Part shown: positions 27,359-36,192 of the stretch, piece by piece | Position numbering within the stretch: position 1 is the first letter of the stretch | How the letters are laid out: every line of letters begins with the position of its first letter | NCBI GenBank assembly: GCA_022749845.1 | Contig: JAKIWX010000002.1 | Location: forward strand, 478-64,477 | Direction of reading: 5' to 3' | Origin: Thermoplasmata archaeon | GTDB taxonomy: Archaea > Thermoplasmatota > Thermoplasmata > Lutacidiplasmatales > UBA184 | Length of the DNA: 64,000 nucleotides | Notes under the pieces: model-generated | Seen by the model: only the letters and a program-made list of their open reading frames with translations | Told to the model about the DNA's origin: nothing | The model's database searches: none | Position numbers and translations under genes: made by a program

Positions 27359-28429
27359 TTAGCCTTGCGGACGAGTTTCCGTCGAGAGGGCCATCGCCCG
27401 CAGCGTTTCGGGATGCTCGTCGAAGTGGCGCGCGACCGGGGCGAGGATCCGCTCGAGCGAGCCCGCCACGGCGCTCTTCAGGTCCGCCGGGTGGAGGTTC
27501 CCGCCGCTCCAGGCGGTGAGGAACTCCTCCACCGTCGTGAACTCGACGGAACCGCCGTGCTTCGGGGCCCGCTCGACCGCGAGCTTTCCCTCCCAGGGGA
27601 AGGTGACGAACCTCGCGAGCTCCACGACAGGGTTCCCTTCCACCTCTTTCGCCGGGCAGAAGGCGCGGACGAGGCCCGCGCGGATCTCCTCCGGCGAAGA
27701 GGGCAGGAGGATCGCGTTCCTGGGGTCGGACTTCGACATCTTCGCGTCGGCCCCCTCCCCCGCCGGATCCATCCTCGCCCCGCCGGCGAGCGAGGAGATG
27801 AGCGGCGTGTGCAAGGCGACCGGGACCGGCCAGCCGTTCGCGTGCGCCGCCTCGCGAGCGACGACGTGGGCGCGGCGCTGGTCGAGGCCGGCGTAGGCGA
27901 TCTCGACCGGGAGCTCGAAGATGTCGGCCGCCTGCATCGCCGGGTAGAACAGCTTCGCCGTGTCGAGGTCCGCCTCCGCCTCGCCGCGGCCGAGGACGGT
28001 CATCGCGCGGCGCGACCGGGCGAGCGAGAGTCCCTTCGCAATGCGGAGCACCCGCGTCCAGTACGCCTCCCTCCCCGCGAGCTCGTGCGCCCAGCGGATC
28101 GTGATCCGTTCCCGCTCCACTCCGAGGGCGGAGAACGCCTCCACCATGTACTCGCCCGCGGCCCGGATCCGCTCGAGCGAGCCGCCGAGCTTGTCGTTGA
28201 TCCACGCGTGCCAATCGGCGAGGAAGAGGGTGAGCGCGCAATCCGCCTCGAGGAGGTCGCGCATCTTGCGCGCGCAGACGAGATGGCCCACGGTGAGTCG
28301 CCCCGACGGCTCGAACCCGATGTAGGCCCGGGGTCGGGCGTTCGTCGCGAACAGGCCGCGCAGCTCGGCCTCGGTCAGGCTCTCGGAAAGGCCCCGCAGC
28401 GCAAGCTCCGACCGGCGCTCGGCGTCCAC
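27359..28429 (-). CDS. tyrS: Tyrosine--tRNA ligase (archaeal type)
   Basis: Matches the recalled M. jannaschii TyrRS blocks: YIGFEPSGRLTVGH, LADWHAWINDK, FYPAMQAADI, GLDQRRAHVVARE, KMSKS, AFCPAKEVEGNPVVE, NLHPADLKSAVA. GTG 28429 chosen (GTG 28453 is the alternative). The 761-aa ORF-track reading is an artefactual extension antisense to the next gene. Confidence 0.9.
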   Translation of the reverse strand: MDAERRSELALRGLSESLTEAELRGLFATNARPRAYIGFEPSGRLTVGHLVCARKMRDLLEADCALTLFLADWHAWINDKLGGSLERIRAAGEYMVEAFSALGVERERITIRWAHELAGREAYWTRVLRIAKGLSLARSRRAMTVLGRGEAEADLDTAKLFYPAMQAADIFELPVEIAYAGLDQRRAHVVAREAAHANGWPVPVALHTPLISSLAGGARMDPAGEGADAKMSKSDPRNAILLPSSPEEIRAGLVRAFCPAKEVEGNPVVELARFVTFPWEGKLAVERAPKHGGSVEFTTVEEFLTAWSGGNLHPADLKSAVAGSLERILAPVARHFDEHPETLRAMALSTETRPQG

Positions 28430-28523
28430 CCCGCGGGAGATTCGGGCGCGCACTTTAGGGCGCGGGCTGCGGCGGCGCCCCGCGAAATGCGGTCTCGGCG
28501 AGGAGAGCGCCGACGCCGCACGG

Positions 28524-28529
28524 TTTAAG
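28524..28529 (+). promoter_or_regulatory. TATA-like TTTAAG about 28 nt upstream of ATG 28557 (leaderless-type spacing)
   Basis: Isolated A/T hexamer in GC-rich intergenic DNA between the divergent tyrS and the KaiC-like gene. Confidence 0.4.
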
Positions 28530-28556
28530 CCCCGCCACGGGGTTTCTCCCGGGGAG

Positions 28557-30719
28557 ATGGGGCAGCCTGCCGAGGCGGTCGCCCCGGCCACCGAGCCGGA
28601 GGATCCCGCCGACGCCCTCGCCCGGGCGCTAGCGATCGACGTCGTCGTGGCCCGCGCCCTCGTCGCGGCGGGGCTGTTCACCCCCGAGCAGGTGCGCGGC
28701 GCCCCCGACGCCGTTCTCCTCGACGCAGGACTGTCCACCGACGAGATGGGCCGACTCCGAGCCGATCCCGAGGTCCCCACGGCCTCCGAGGACGGCGCGA
28801 CCGTGGACAAGTGGATGCGCACCGCCCGACGGCCCGACCGCGGCCGGCGCAAGCTCCGCTCGACCCCCGGCGGCTCGACCGAGGTCGTGAAGCGCTGGAT
28901 CGGCGGGGACGACCGGGCGCTCGAGAGCTGGATCAAGCAGTCGGAGGACAGTTCCCCCTCGATCACGCCCGCGCCGGCCCCGCCCGAGCCTACCCTCGGC
29001 TCCGACCTCACGAGCCCGATGCCGCCCCCGACCACCGCCGGCGGGGCGGAGCCGCTCCCGACCAAGCTCCTCGAACGGGAGGAGACGGTCGTGCGCTGGC
29101 TTACCGACCTGCTCGACCGGGTGAAGAACGAGTCGTTCGACCCCGCCTCCCTCCTCCAAGAGTTCCAGGAAGCGCAGCGGGAGCTGTTCGACGAGCGCGA
29201 GCGCCGGCGCGTGATCGAGGAGGAGCTCGAGCACGTGAAGCGCGGCTCGATCGCCGTCATCAAGTACGTCCGCACCCGCGAGGCGAAGGCCCGCGAGGAG
29301 CTCGTCGAGGAGAAGGACGCGGAGCTCCAGCTCCTGCGCAAGAAGCTCGAGGAGCTCGCCGGACGACTGAACGCGAACCAAGTGGGCCCCTCAGGCACCG
29401 AGGGGCTCGCCGCCCTCGAGGCGCGCCTCAAGGGGGAGTACGCCGCGCGCGAGGAGGAGATCCTCACCCGCGAGGCGGAGCTACGACGCCGGGTCGTGGC
29501 GCTCGAAGGAGAGCTGCGCACCGCGCGGTCGGAGGCGGAGTCGCGCCGCGGCACCGTCGAGGGGATGCCGAGCCCCGACGAGCGGGAGAAGGAGATCGTC
29601 CGCCGCGAGAACGAGCTCCGCGCCCGATTCGAGGAGATCCGCATCCGCGCCGAGGACCTCGACCGGAAGCGGGAGCCGCTCGCCTACAAGGAGCGCGAGC
29701 TCGGCACGCGCGAGGCCGAGCTCGCCCTCAAGCAGCGCACCCTCGAGGCGGAGGCGCGACGGATCGAGGAGGCGCGCGCAACCCTCCCCACCGGACCGCC
29801 CGCGAGCGCGGAGTCCACGCGCCTCGAGGACCGGGCGGACGAGCTGCGCAAGCACGAGGAGGAGCTACGCACCCGCGAGGCGTTCCTCTCCCAACGGGTC
29901 CAGGAGCTCGAGGGGCTCGAGAAGAAGGCCGCCGAGAAGGAGGCGGACCAGATGCACGCCGACGCCGTCGAGGCGGTCGCGGCACACACCTCGAAGGTCC
30001 GCACCGGCGTCCGCCGGCTCGACGACCTGCTTTTCGGCGGGCTGCCGCCCGGCAGCCAGGTGCTCGTCAACGGGCCCGCGCACACGGGCAAGGATCTGCT
30101 CGGACGGTACTTCCTCATCGAGGGGTTGAAGCAGGGCCAGGGCGCGCTGCTCGTCGTTACCGACCGCACCTACACGATCCTGCGGGAGGAGATGCAGGCG
30201 CTCCTACCGAACTACACGGAGCTCGAGCGGCGCGGCCTCGTGCGCTACGTAGACCTGTACTCGCGGAGCCTCGGGGTCACGGAGGCGGAGAAGGGCGTGA
30301 AGCTCCTGTCGTCGACCGACAAGGGACTGCTCGACCAGCTGCCCCAGGCGGTGAACGGCTTCGCGGCCGAGCTCAAGGAGCGGGCGGGCGGCTACCGGTT
30401 CCTGTTCGAGAGCGTCTCGACCGTCACGGCCTACCTCGACAGCACCCAGGCCTTCCGGGTCCTCCAGCCGCTCGTGGGCCGCCGGAAGCTCGACGGGGCG
30501 TCGGGGTACTACGAGATCGAGACCGGCATGCACTCGGAGGCGGACCTGCAGACGCTCGAGCACATGGTGGACGGTTCGATCAACCTGAAGGTGGACCAGC
30601 TGAAGACCTTCCTCTCCGTGCGCGGGGTGACCGACGTGCAGTCGCGCGCCTGGGTTGGCTACACCTTCACGAAGAAGTCGTTCTCCCTCGGCTCCTTCTC
30701 GCTCGACCACATCCGCTAG
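28557..30719 (+). CDS. Coiled-coil protein with C-terminal KaiC/RecA-superfamily ATPase-like domain (degenerate Walker A)
   Basis: C-terminus: VRTGVRRLDDLLFGGLPPGSQVLVNGPAHTGKDLLGRYFLIEGLKQGQGALLVV (KaiC/RadB/FlaH-like; GK-D instead of GK-T/S). About 270 aa of E/R/L/A heptad-like coiled coil. The N-terminus has HhH-like LVAAGLFTPEQV...LLDAGLSTDEMGRL. Confidence 0.7.
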   Translation: MGQPAEAVAPATEPEDPADALARALAIDVVVARALVAAGLFTPEQVRGAPDAVLLDAGLSTDEMGRLRADPEVPTASEDGATVDKWMRTARRPDRGRRKLRSTPGGSTEVVKRWIGGDDRALESWIKQSEDSSPSITPAPAPPEPTLGSDLTSPMPPPTTAGGAEPLPTKLLEREETVVRWLTDLLDRVKNESFDPASLLQEFQEAQRELFDERERRRVIEEELEHVKRGSIAVIKYVRTREAKAREELVEEKDAELQLLRKKLEELAGRLNANQVGPSGTEGLAALEARLKGEYAAREEEILTREAELRRRVVALEGELRTARSEAESRRGTVEGMPSPDEREKEIVRRENELRARFEEIRIRAEDLDRKREPLAYKERELGTREAELALKQRTLEAEARRIEEARATLPTGPPASAESTRLEDRADELRKHEEELRTREAFLSQRVQELEGLEKKAAEKEADQMHADAVEAVAAHTSKVRTGVRRLDDLLFGGLPPGSQVLVNGPAHTGKDLLGRYFLIEGLKQGQGALLVVTDRTYTILREEMQALLPNYTELERRGLVRYVDLYSRSLGVTEAEKGVKLLSSTDKGLLDQLPQAVNGFAAELKERAGGYRFLFESVSTVTAYLDSTQAFRVLQPLVGRRKLDGASGYYEIETGMHSEADLQTLEHMVDGSINLKVDQLKTFLSVRGVTDVQSRAWVGYTFTKKSFSLGSFSLDHIR

Positions 30720-31726
30720 ACGCGGAGCTTCGCCTCGAGGATCGAGCTCGCGCCGTCCGAGAGGAGCGCGACGCCGATCCCGAAGGCGATGACGGTGAGG
30801 GCGGGGAAGGCGTACATCCACCAGAAGTTCACGGCCGCGAGCGGCGACCAGCCGAAGCAGACACCCTGCGCGAGCAGGCTCCCCCACTCCGGGAACCGCG
30901 AGGAGGGGAGCGGCGATAGGAGCGAGGTCGCGTTGTAGCAGGCGAGGAACGGGAAGACGGTCAGGACGAAGAACACCTGGTAGACGTCGATGGGGAGCTG
31001 CGCGAAGGCGGGCCCGAGCGAGTTCGGGAGCACGTGGCGCAACAGGATGCGGCCCGGCGTAGAGCCGCTCGCGCGCGCCGCCTCGACGTACGGCTCGGCG
31101 GCCACCGACTGGGCGCGGGCGCGCACGGGCCGGGCGTAGTACGGCCACAGGACGAAGGCGAACAGCACCACGAACACCGGCAGGTGCTCGTCGAGCGGCA
31201 CGTAGAGGACGACCCCGAGATAGAGCACGACGACGAGGAAGAACGGCGGGACGGCGAGCAGGAGGTCGACGAGGCTCGTCACCACCCAGTCGAACGGGCC
31301 GCGAAAGTAGCCGGCGCAAGCACCGGCGAGGACCCCACCCACGGCCGCGAGCCCCAGGATGGAGCCCAAGATCGCGAGGTCCCACGGTACGGCGAGGAAG
31401 AGCGCCTGGGCGACGTCCACCCCAACCCCGGTCATCACTCCGAACGGGTGGGCGCGGGAAGGACCCGGCGGGTACGGGTTCGCCGCCCAGGCGAAGTGCA
31501 CGACGAGGGTGCTGCGGCCCCCGTCGAGCGCGACGGAGGCGATCGCGAGCGCGCCGAACCCGAGCAGCAGGAGGATCCCTCCGAGGAGCGCCGGGGTCCG
31601 CGCGAGCGCGCGACCCAGCCGGCGGAGCCGGCCGTGGCCCCGGGCGAGGAGCGCGAAGACGCCGGGTTCCCACGGATCCTCCTCCTCGTCGGTCGGCTCG
31701 CTCGGCGGCGGCACCCACGTCGGCAC
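30716..31726 (-). CDS. Peptide/nickel-type ABC transporter permease (OppC/DppC-like), paralog 2
   Basis: HPFGVMTGVGVDV, permease core PYVEAARASGSTPGRILLRHVLPNSLGP. Roughly two-thirds identical by eye to the adjacent paralog. Confidence 0.85.
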   Translation of the reverse strand: MPTWVPPPSEPTDEEEDPWEPGVFALLARGHGRLRRLGRALARTPALLGGILLLLGFGALAIASVALDGGRSTLVVHFAWAANPYPPGPSRAHPFGVMTGVGVDVAQALFLAVPWDLAILGSILGLAAVGGVLAGACAGYFRGPFDWVVTSLVDLLLAVPPFFLVVVLYLGVVLYVPLDEHLPVFVVLFAFVLWPYYARPVRARAQSVAAEPYVEAARASGSTPGRILLRHVLPNSLGPAFAQLPIDVYQVFFVLTVFPFLACYNATSLLSPLPSSRFPEWGSLLAQGVCFGWSPLAAVNFWWMYAFPALTVIAFGIGVALLSDGASSILEAKLRV

Positions 31727-31773
31727 GAGCTACCGTCCCCCGCGCGAAGACCTGCGCACCGGAAGGACCCGGC

Positions 31774-32781
31774 TCACCGGGCCACCCGGGGCTGGAACAC
31801 GGCGGAGAGCCCGTCCGTCGTGAGGGCTACCGCGACCCCGAACAGGATGAGGACGAGCGCGGGGAACGTGTACATCCACCAGAAGTTGAGGGAGCCCGCC
31901 GGCTGCAGGCCGTAGCAGACGCCCTGCGCGAGCAGGTTCCCCCACTCGGGGAAGGCGGCGGAGGGGAGCGGGGTGAGCCAGGCGAAGGCGTGGCCGGGCG
32001 AGCCCTGCGCCCAGCAGCCGAGGAACGGGAAGACGGTCAGGACGAAGAACACCTGGTAGACGTCGATCGGGATCTGGGCGAAGACAGGGTCGAGCGAGTT
32101 CGGCAGGATGTGCCGGGTGAGGATGCGCGCGCGGCTCCCCCCGGCGGCCCGCGCCGCCTCGACGTACGGCTCCGCCGTCACCGACTCCGCCCGCGAACGG
32201 ACGGGCCGAGCGTAGTACGGCCAGAGCACGACCGCGAACAGCAGCACGAACAGGACGAGGGTGTAGCCGACGGGGACGAAGTTGTAGAGGCCCACGAACA
32301 GGACGATGACGAGGAAGAACGGCGGGACGGAGAGGAGGAGGTCGACGAGGCTCGTCACGACCCAGTCGATGGGGCCGCGGGCGTACCCGGCCCAAGCGCC
32401 CGCGACCGTCCCGAGTGCGACGGCGAGGCCGAGGATGCTCCCGAGGATCGCGAGGTCCCACGGAATCGCTTCGTAGAGCGCGTTCGCGACATCGATGCCG
32501 AGGACGTTCATGATCCCGAACGGATGCGCGAGCGTCGGGCCCGGCGGCGAGAGCGACTGCGCCCAGGCGAAGGAGAGCGGTAGCACGCCCACCCCGCTCC
32601 CGTACTGGAGCCACGCGAGGAGCCCGAGCGTTGCGTAGACGCCGAGGATGGTGATCCCGGTGAGGAGCGAGGGGTTGCGCGCGAGCGAGCGGAGGATCCG
32701 CCGGACCGGCGTCCGCGCGGCCCGGAGCGAGACGAGCGCCTCCTCCTCCCACGGTTCCAACTCCACCGCGAGCGCCGTCAC
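31774..32781 (-). CDS. Peptide/nickel-type ABC transporter permease (OppC/DppC-like), paralog 1
   Basis: GTG 32781 overlaps the TGA of the upstream fusion gene (GTGA). HPFGIMNVLGIDV, PYVEAARAAGGSRARILTRHILPNSLDP. The ORF-track 611-aa reading is an artefactual extension. Confidence 0.85.
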   Translation of the reverse strand: MTALAVELEPWEEEALVSLRAARTPVRRILRSLARNPSLLTGITILGVYATLGLLAWLQYGSGVGVLPLSFAWAQSLSPPGPTLAHPFGIMNVLGIDVANALYEAIPWDLAILGSILGLAVALGTVAGAWAGYARGPIDWVVTSLVDLLLSVPPFFLVIVLFVGLYNFVPVGYTLVLFVLLFAVVLWPYYARPVRSRAESVTAEPYVEAARAAGGSRARILTRHILPNSLDPVFAQIPIDVYQVFFVLTVFPFLGCWAQGSPGHAFAWLTPLPSAAFPEWGNLLAQGVCYGLQPAGSLNFWWMYTFPALVLILFGVAVALTTDGLSAVFQPRVAR

Positions 32782-35741
32782 CGGCCCTCGGGGAGGAGCC
32801 GCGGGTCGAGGTACCGCGCGATAATGTCGGCGAGCAGGTTCCCCCCGAGGACGACGAGGAACAGGAACAGGATCGTCACCTGGTACAGGTTCCCCGCCAC
32901 GAACCCCTGGCCGTGGGTGATCCCGAACCCGCTCGAGGCGACCTGCGTCATCTCGGTGAGCAGGACGTTCCCCACGCCGGGGTCGCTGAACAGCGCCTCC
33001 GCAACCGCCTGGGTCCCGATGTAGACGGGGAGCGTGATGGCGAACAGCAGCACGAACTCGGGGAGCGCGCGCCGCCCGGTGTGGTACCAGAGGAGCCGGC
33101 CCTCGGGAACGCCCCGCGACCGGGCGGCGACGACGGAGAGCGCCCGGGCGTGCTCGGCGGCGGAGTGCCGCGCGTAGCGCAGGAAGATGGCGACGTAGAC
33201 GATGGCGATGAGCGTCGCCTGGAAGAGCGTCTTCGCGAGCACGACGGCGAAGAACGACCCGTCGGTATGGAGGGCCGCGTCGACGAGCGGGAAGCCGGTC
33301 GGCAGCGTGTTGCCTCCGATCCCGACCCAGTTGGGAGGCAGGCCGCCGTGCGTATCGTACCAGGCGAGGTTCGGGGTGATGCCGTAGGGCGTGTCCCCGA
33401 CGGCGTGTACGAAGTAACTGTACGTCCCGCCGAGGACGAGCAGGATGACGAGGAAACTCGGGACGAGGAGGCCGAGCAGCGAGGCTAGGCGCGTGCCGAC
33501 GTCGAACGGTCCGTCGGGCTTCCACCCGGCGCGCAGGCCGGCGGCGTAGCCGAGCGCCGCCGAGATCACGAGCGCGAAGGCCATCAGTTCGAGCGTGTAC
33601 GGAAGCCACCAGGCGATGTACGTCGTCACGGGCTCGGAGAGGTGCCCGTAGGCGGCGTACCCCCAGTCGCCGCTCACCATCGACCAGGCGAACGCGAGGA
33701 ACCCCTCAAAGAAATCCTGCAGGAGCTTCCAAGATCCTACGCCTGTGAACGCCTTCGCGGCGACCGATGGCAGGAAGCTCCCGAACGCGAACAGGAGCGC
33801 GAGCAGCGCGAGGAGCTGCACGGGCATGAGGCTCGCTCGCATCAGGACGTACCGGCCGAACCGGGAGAGGATGCGGCCCGAGAGTCCCACGAGACGCCGC
33901 CGGCGCGACACCTCCGCGAGCCAGGCGACGAGCGCCCCCATCCCGAGCCCGGCGAGCAACAGGTACGGTGCGTAGGCGTCGAAGAAGCCGGGCGCGGCCA
34001 GGCCGACCGGCGTGAGCTCGACCCGAAGTCCCGAGAGCGGGCTCCCGTTCACGACGATGTGCTCGGAGAGTCCGAAGTAGGTCGCGAGCCCCCCGACGGA
34101 GAGGTAGTCCGTCCCGTTCGGGGCCCGGACGCTGAAGTTCCCGTCGGAGCTCGAGAGGGTGCCCGCCTGATAGCCTCCCGGACCGACGAGGACGATGGAG
34201 GCGCCGGGCACGGCCCGGCCGGAATCGTGGTCGATGAGCCGGCCCGAGAGGAGGAAGGTGGCGAGCGGTAAGAGGACGAGCCGCAGACCCGAGATCGGTC
34301 CCGTGACCGTGAGCGGAACGGAGAGCGGTTCGGTGCCGGCCCCGCCGGCGAGCAGGACGTAGCTACCGTTCGCGGCATACAGCAGGAAGCTTCCGTCCGG
34401 CGACGTGAGCGTGGAGCGCGAGTTGAGCTCCACCGTGACGTTCGCAAGCGGCGTGCCGTTCGGGTCCACGGTTTGCCCGGAGATGGGCCAGCTCGCGAGG
34501 CTCGAGGGCGGGGAGAAGTAGTCGACGACGCCGTCGTCGGTGCCGATGACGAGCCCGTTCGCGATCACCGCGGGGGAGGAGTAGACGGTGAGCCCGCCGT
34601 ACGGGAACGACCATCGGAGCGCACCGTTCACCGGATTCAGGTCGTCGAGCGTCTCGGATCCGTCGATCACGTAGAACCCCGTGGGCGTGAGCACGGGAGC
34701 GGAGAGGAGCGGGTAGCCGGCCGACACCTGGGAGGCGTTCGAGAGCCAGCGGAGGGTGCCGTTCGAGGCGTACACCGAGTAGATCCCGCCGCCGCCGTCG
34801 ATCCAGTCCACCGAGTAGCCGTCGGTCGCGGGGGTGGCTTGGATCGCGCCCTCGAGCGGTGAACCGGCCGTGGAGAAGTTCCAGAGAGTCGAGCCGTTCG
34901 CTGCGGAGAGCGCCGTTACGTTCCCGTTCGTCTCGGCGAGGAAGAGGCGGGAACGGCCGATCGCGAAGCCGACATCGAGGCTCACGTTCCGGAGCTTCTC
35001 CGACCAGACGGGCGCCCCGGTCAGGTTCACCGCGAGGAGCTGCCCCGAGCTCCCTGCGGCGTAGAGGACACCTCCCGACTCCGCGGGTGCCCCCGCGATG
35101 GGGGAACCGATGGTGCGGGACCACAGGAGGTGCCCCGTCGTGTCGTTGAGCGCGAACAGTTTCCCTCCGTCGGTCCCCGCGATGACCTCCCCGGAGACGT
35201 CGAGCGTCCCCTGAAGGATCGCACTGCTCAGGTTCGTCGTCCAGAGCAGAGCGCCGTTCGCGGCGTTCAGTGCGTAGAGGAGCCCGTTGTCGCACCCTAG
35301 GAAGAGGCGGCCGCCCGCGAGCGTCGGGGTCGTCGGCGCGCTCCAGACGGTGGTGCGCCAGGCGACGCTCCCGTTGACACGGTTCAACGCTACGACGTTC
35401 CCGACGATGTCGGCGGCGTAGATGCGTGTCGAGTTCACGACGGGGCCGGCGCGGATCGGGAGCGGGGTCGCCTGCGGCGGGGACCACGCCTCGGTCGGGC
35501 CCGAGGGGCCTCGCACGCTCGTGAACCCCGATCGGTTCGAATCCCCGTGGAACGTCGCCCAGTCGAACGGCCCCGGCGGGGGCGTGCTCGACCGGGGGAG
35601 CCCGACGGCGGGGTGCATCGGCGACGGCCGCGCCCCGGAGGCCATCGAATGAGCCCCTCCGACCGGCACCAGCCCGAGGAGGAGCAGGAGGAGCGGGAGG
35701 AGGACGAGGACCCTCGCTCCGCCCCGGGGCGGACGCCTCAC
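32778..35741 (-). CDS. Fusion protein: signal peptide, PQQ-like beta-propeller, Ig/CarboxypepD_reg-like domains, and OppB/DppB-type ABC permease
   Basis: The N-terminal 400+ aa carry repeated ...G.LYA.....G.L.ALN..TG..LW... blades. The middle has GQTVDPNGTPLANVTVELN and GRLIDHDSGRAVPGASIVL. The C-terminus is a 6-TM permease (SVVAARSRGVPEGRLLWYHTGRRALP...ARYLDPRL). GTG 35741 lies about 26 nt from a CATATG TATA-like element. Confidence 0.8.
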   Translation of the reverse strand: MRRPPRGGARVLVLLPLLLLLLGLVPVGGAHSMASGARPSPMHPAVGLPRSSTPPPGPFDWATFHGDSNRSGFTSVRGPSGPTEAWSPPQATPLPIRAGPVVNSTRIYAADIVGNVVALNRVNGSVAWRTTVWSAPTTPTLAGGRLFLGCDNGLLYALNAANGALLWTTNLSSAILQGTLDVSGEVIAGTDGGKLFALNDTTGHLLWSRTIGSPIAGAPAESGGVLYAAGSSGQLLAVNLTGAPVWSEKLRNVSLDVGFAIGRSRLFLAETNGNVTALSAANGSTLWNFSTAGSPLEGAIQATPATDGYSVDWIDGGGGIYSVYASNGTLRWLSNASQVSAGYPLLSAPVLTPTGFYVIDGSETLDDLNPVNGALRWSFPYGGLTVYSSPAVIANGLVIGTDDGVVDYFSPPSSLASWPISGQTVDPNGTPLANVTVELNSRSTLTSPDGSFLLYAANGSYVLLAGGAGTEPLSVPLTVTGPISGLRLVLLPLATFLLSGRLIDHDSGRAVPGASIVLVGPGGYQAGTLSSSDGNFSVRAPNGTDYLSVGGLATYFGLSEHIVVNGSPLSGLRVELTPVGLAAPGFFDAYAPYLLLAGLGMGALVAWLAEVSRRRRLVGLSGRILSRFGRYVLMRASLMPVQLLALLALLFAFGSFLPSVAAKAFTGVGSWKLLQDFFEGFLAFAWSMVSGDWGYAAYGHLSEPVTTYIAWWLPYTLELMAFALVISAALGYAAGLRAGWKPDGPFDVGTRLASLLGLLVPSFLVILLVLGGTYSYFVHAVGDTPYGITPNLAWYDTHGGLPPNWVGIGGNTLPTGFPLVDAALHTDGSFFAVVLAKTLFQATLIAIVYVAIFLRYARHSAAEHARALSVVAARSRGVPEGRLLWYHTGRRALPEFVLLFAITLPVYIGTQAVAEALFSDPGVGNVLLTEMTQVASSGFGITHGQGFVAGNLYQVTILFLFLVVLGGNLLADIIARYLDPRLLPEGR

Positions 35742-35764
35742 ACCGCAGGAATCCCCGCACTCAA

Positions 35765-35770
35765 CATATG
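35765..35770 (-). promoter_or_regulatory. TATA-like element (CATATG) for the leaderless propeller-permease gene
   Basis: About 26 nt upstream of GTG 35741 on the minus strand. Confidence 0.35.
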
Positions 35771-35798
35771 GAATGCTCCCGTGCGCCCCACCCGAGCC

Positions 35799-35805
35799 AT
35801 TAATA
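35799..35805 (+). promoter_or_regulatory. TATA box (ATTAATA) for the SRP RNA gene
   Basis: About 23 nt upstream of the inferred SRP RNA 5' end. Confidence 0.5.
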
Positions 35806-35827
35806 CGGTCCGGCCGCTCCCTCTCCT

Positions 35828-36140
35828 TGCTAGGCTAGACCGGGGGGTTGGGCGTCCCCTTTTACACCGAAACCGTCCTCAGCGGGGGTGACAGGCCGGA
35901 GCGACGTTCGGGAGAGCGATCCGTCTCGTAGGGTTCCGTAGAAGCTCTGTTCCATCGGGCCGCGGGCATCGCGACGAGCGCCCGGAGGGGCGCCCTAGCG
36001 GTTATCCATCACGGGCACCGGGTTAGGTCCTGACGGGAGCAGCCTTACCGTGACCCGTCGACGCTGGTGGGGCGACGGGGCCGAGGAGCCCGCGGGAACC
36101 ACGGATCGTTTTTCGGAACGGCCATCCGGCTGGCCTAGCA
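35828..36140 (+). ncRNA. ffs: Signal recognition particle RNA (archaeal 7S / SRP RNA)
   Basis: 5' GCTAGGCTAGACCGGGGGGTTGGGCGTCCCCTTTTACACCGAAACCG resembles the archaeal SRP Alu-domain 5' consensus. Helix-8-like GGTTAGGTCCTGACGGGAGCAGCCTTACC at 36021-36049. 5' 35828-35843 pairs with 3' CCGGCTGGCCTAGCA at 36126-36140. Length about 313 nt. Ends approximate. Confidence 0.8.
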
Positions 36141-36192
36141 CGTCGGCCGCGGAGCGGGTCGGTTCCGGACGTGGGCCACCGACGCGGGGGAG

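Noticed and set aside
35531-35545. GGTTCGAATCC, a tRNA T-loop-like string
   Set aside because: The flanks cannot form a T-stem or an acceptor/anticodon cloverleaf, and it lies inside the propeller-permease coding frame. No tRNA was found anywhere in the window.
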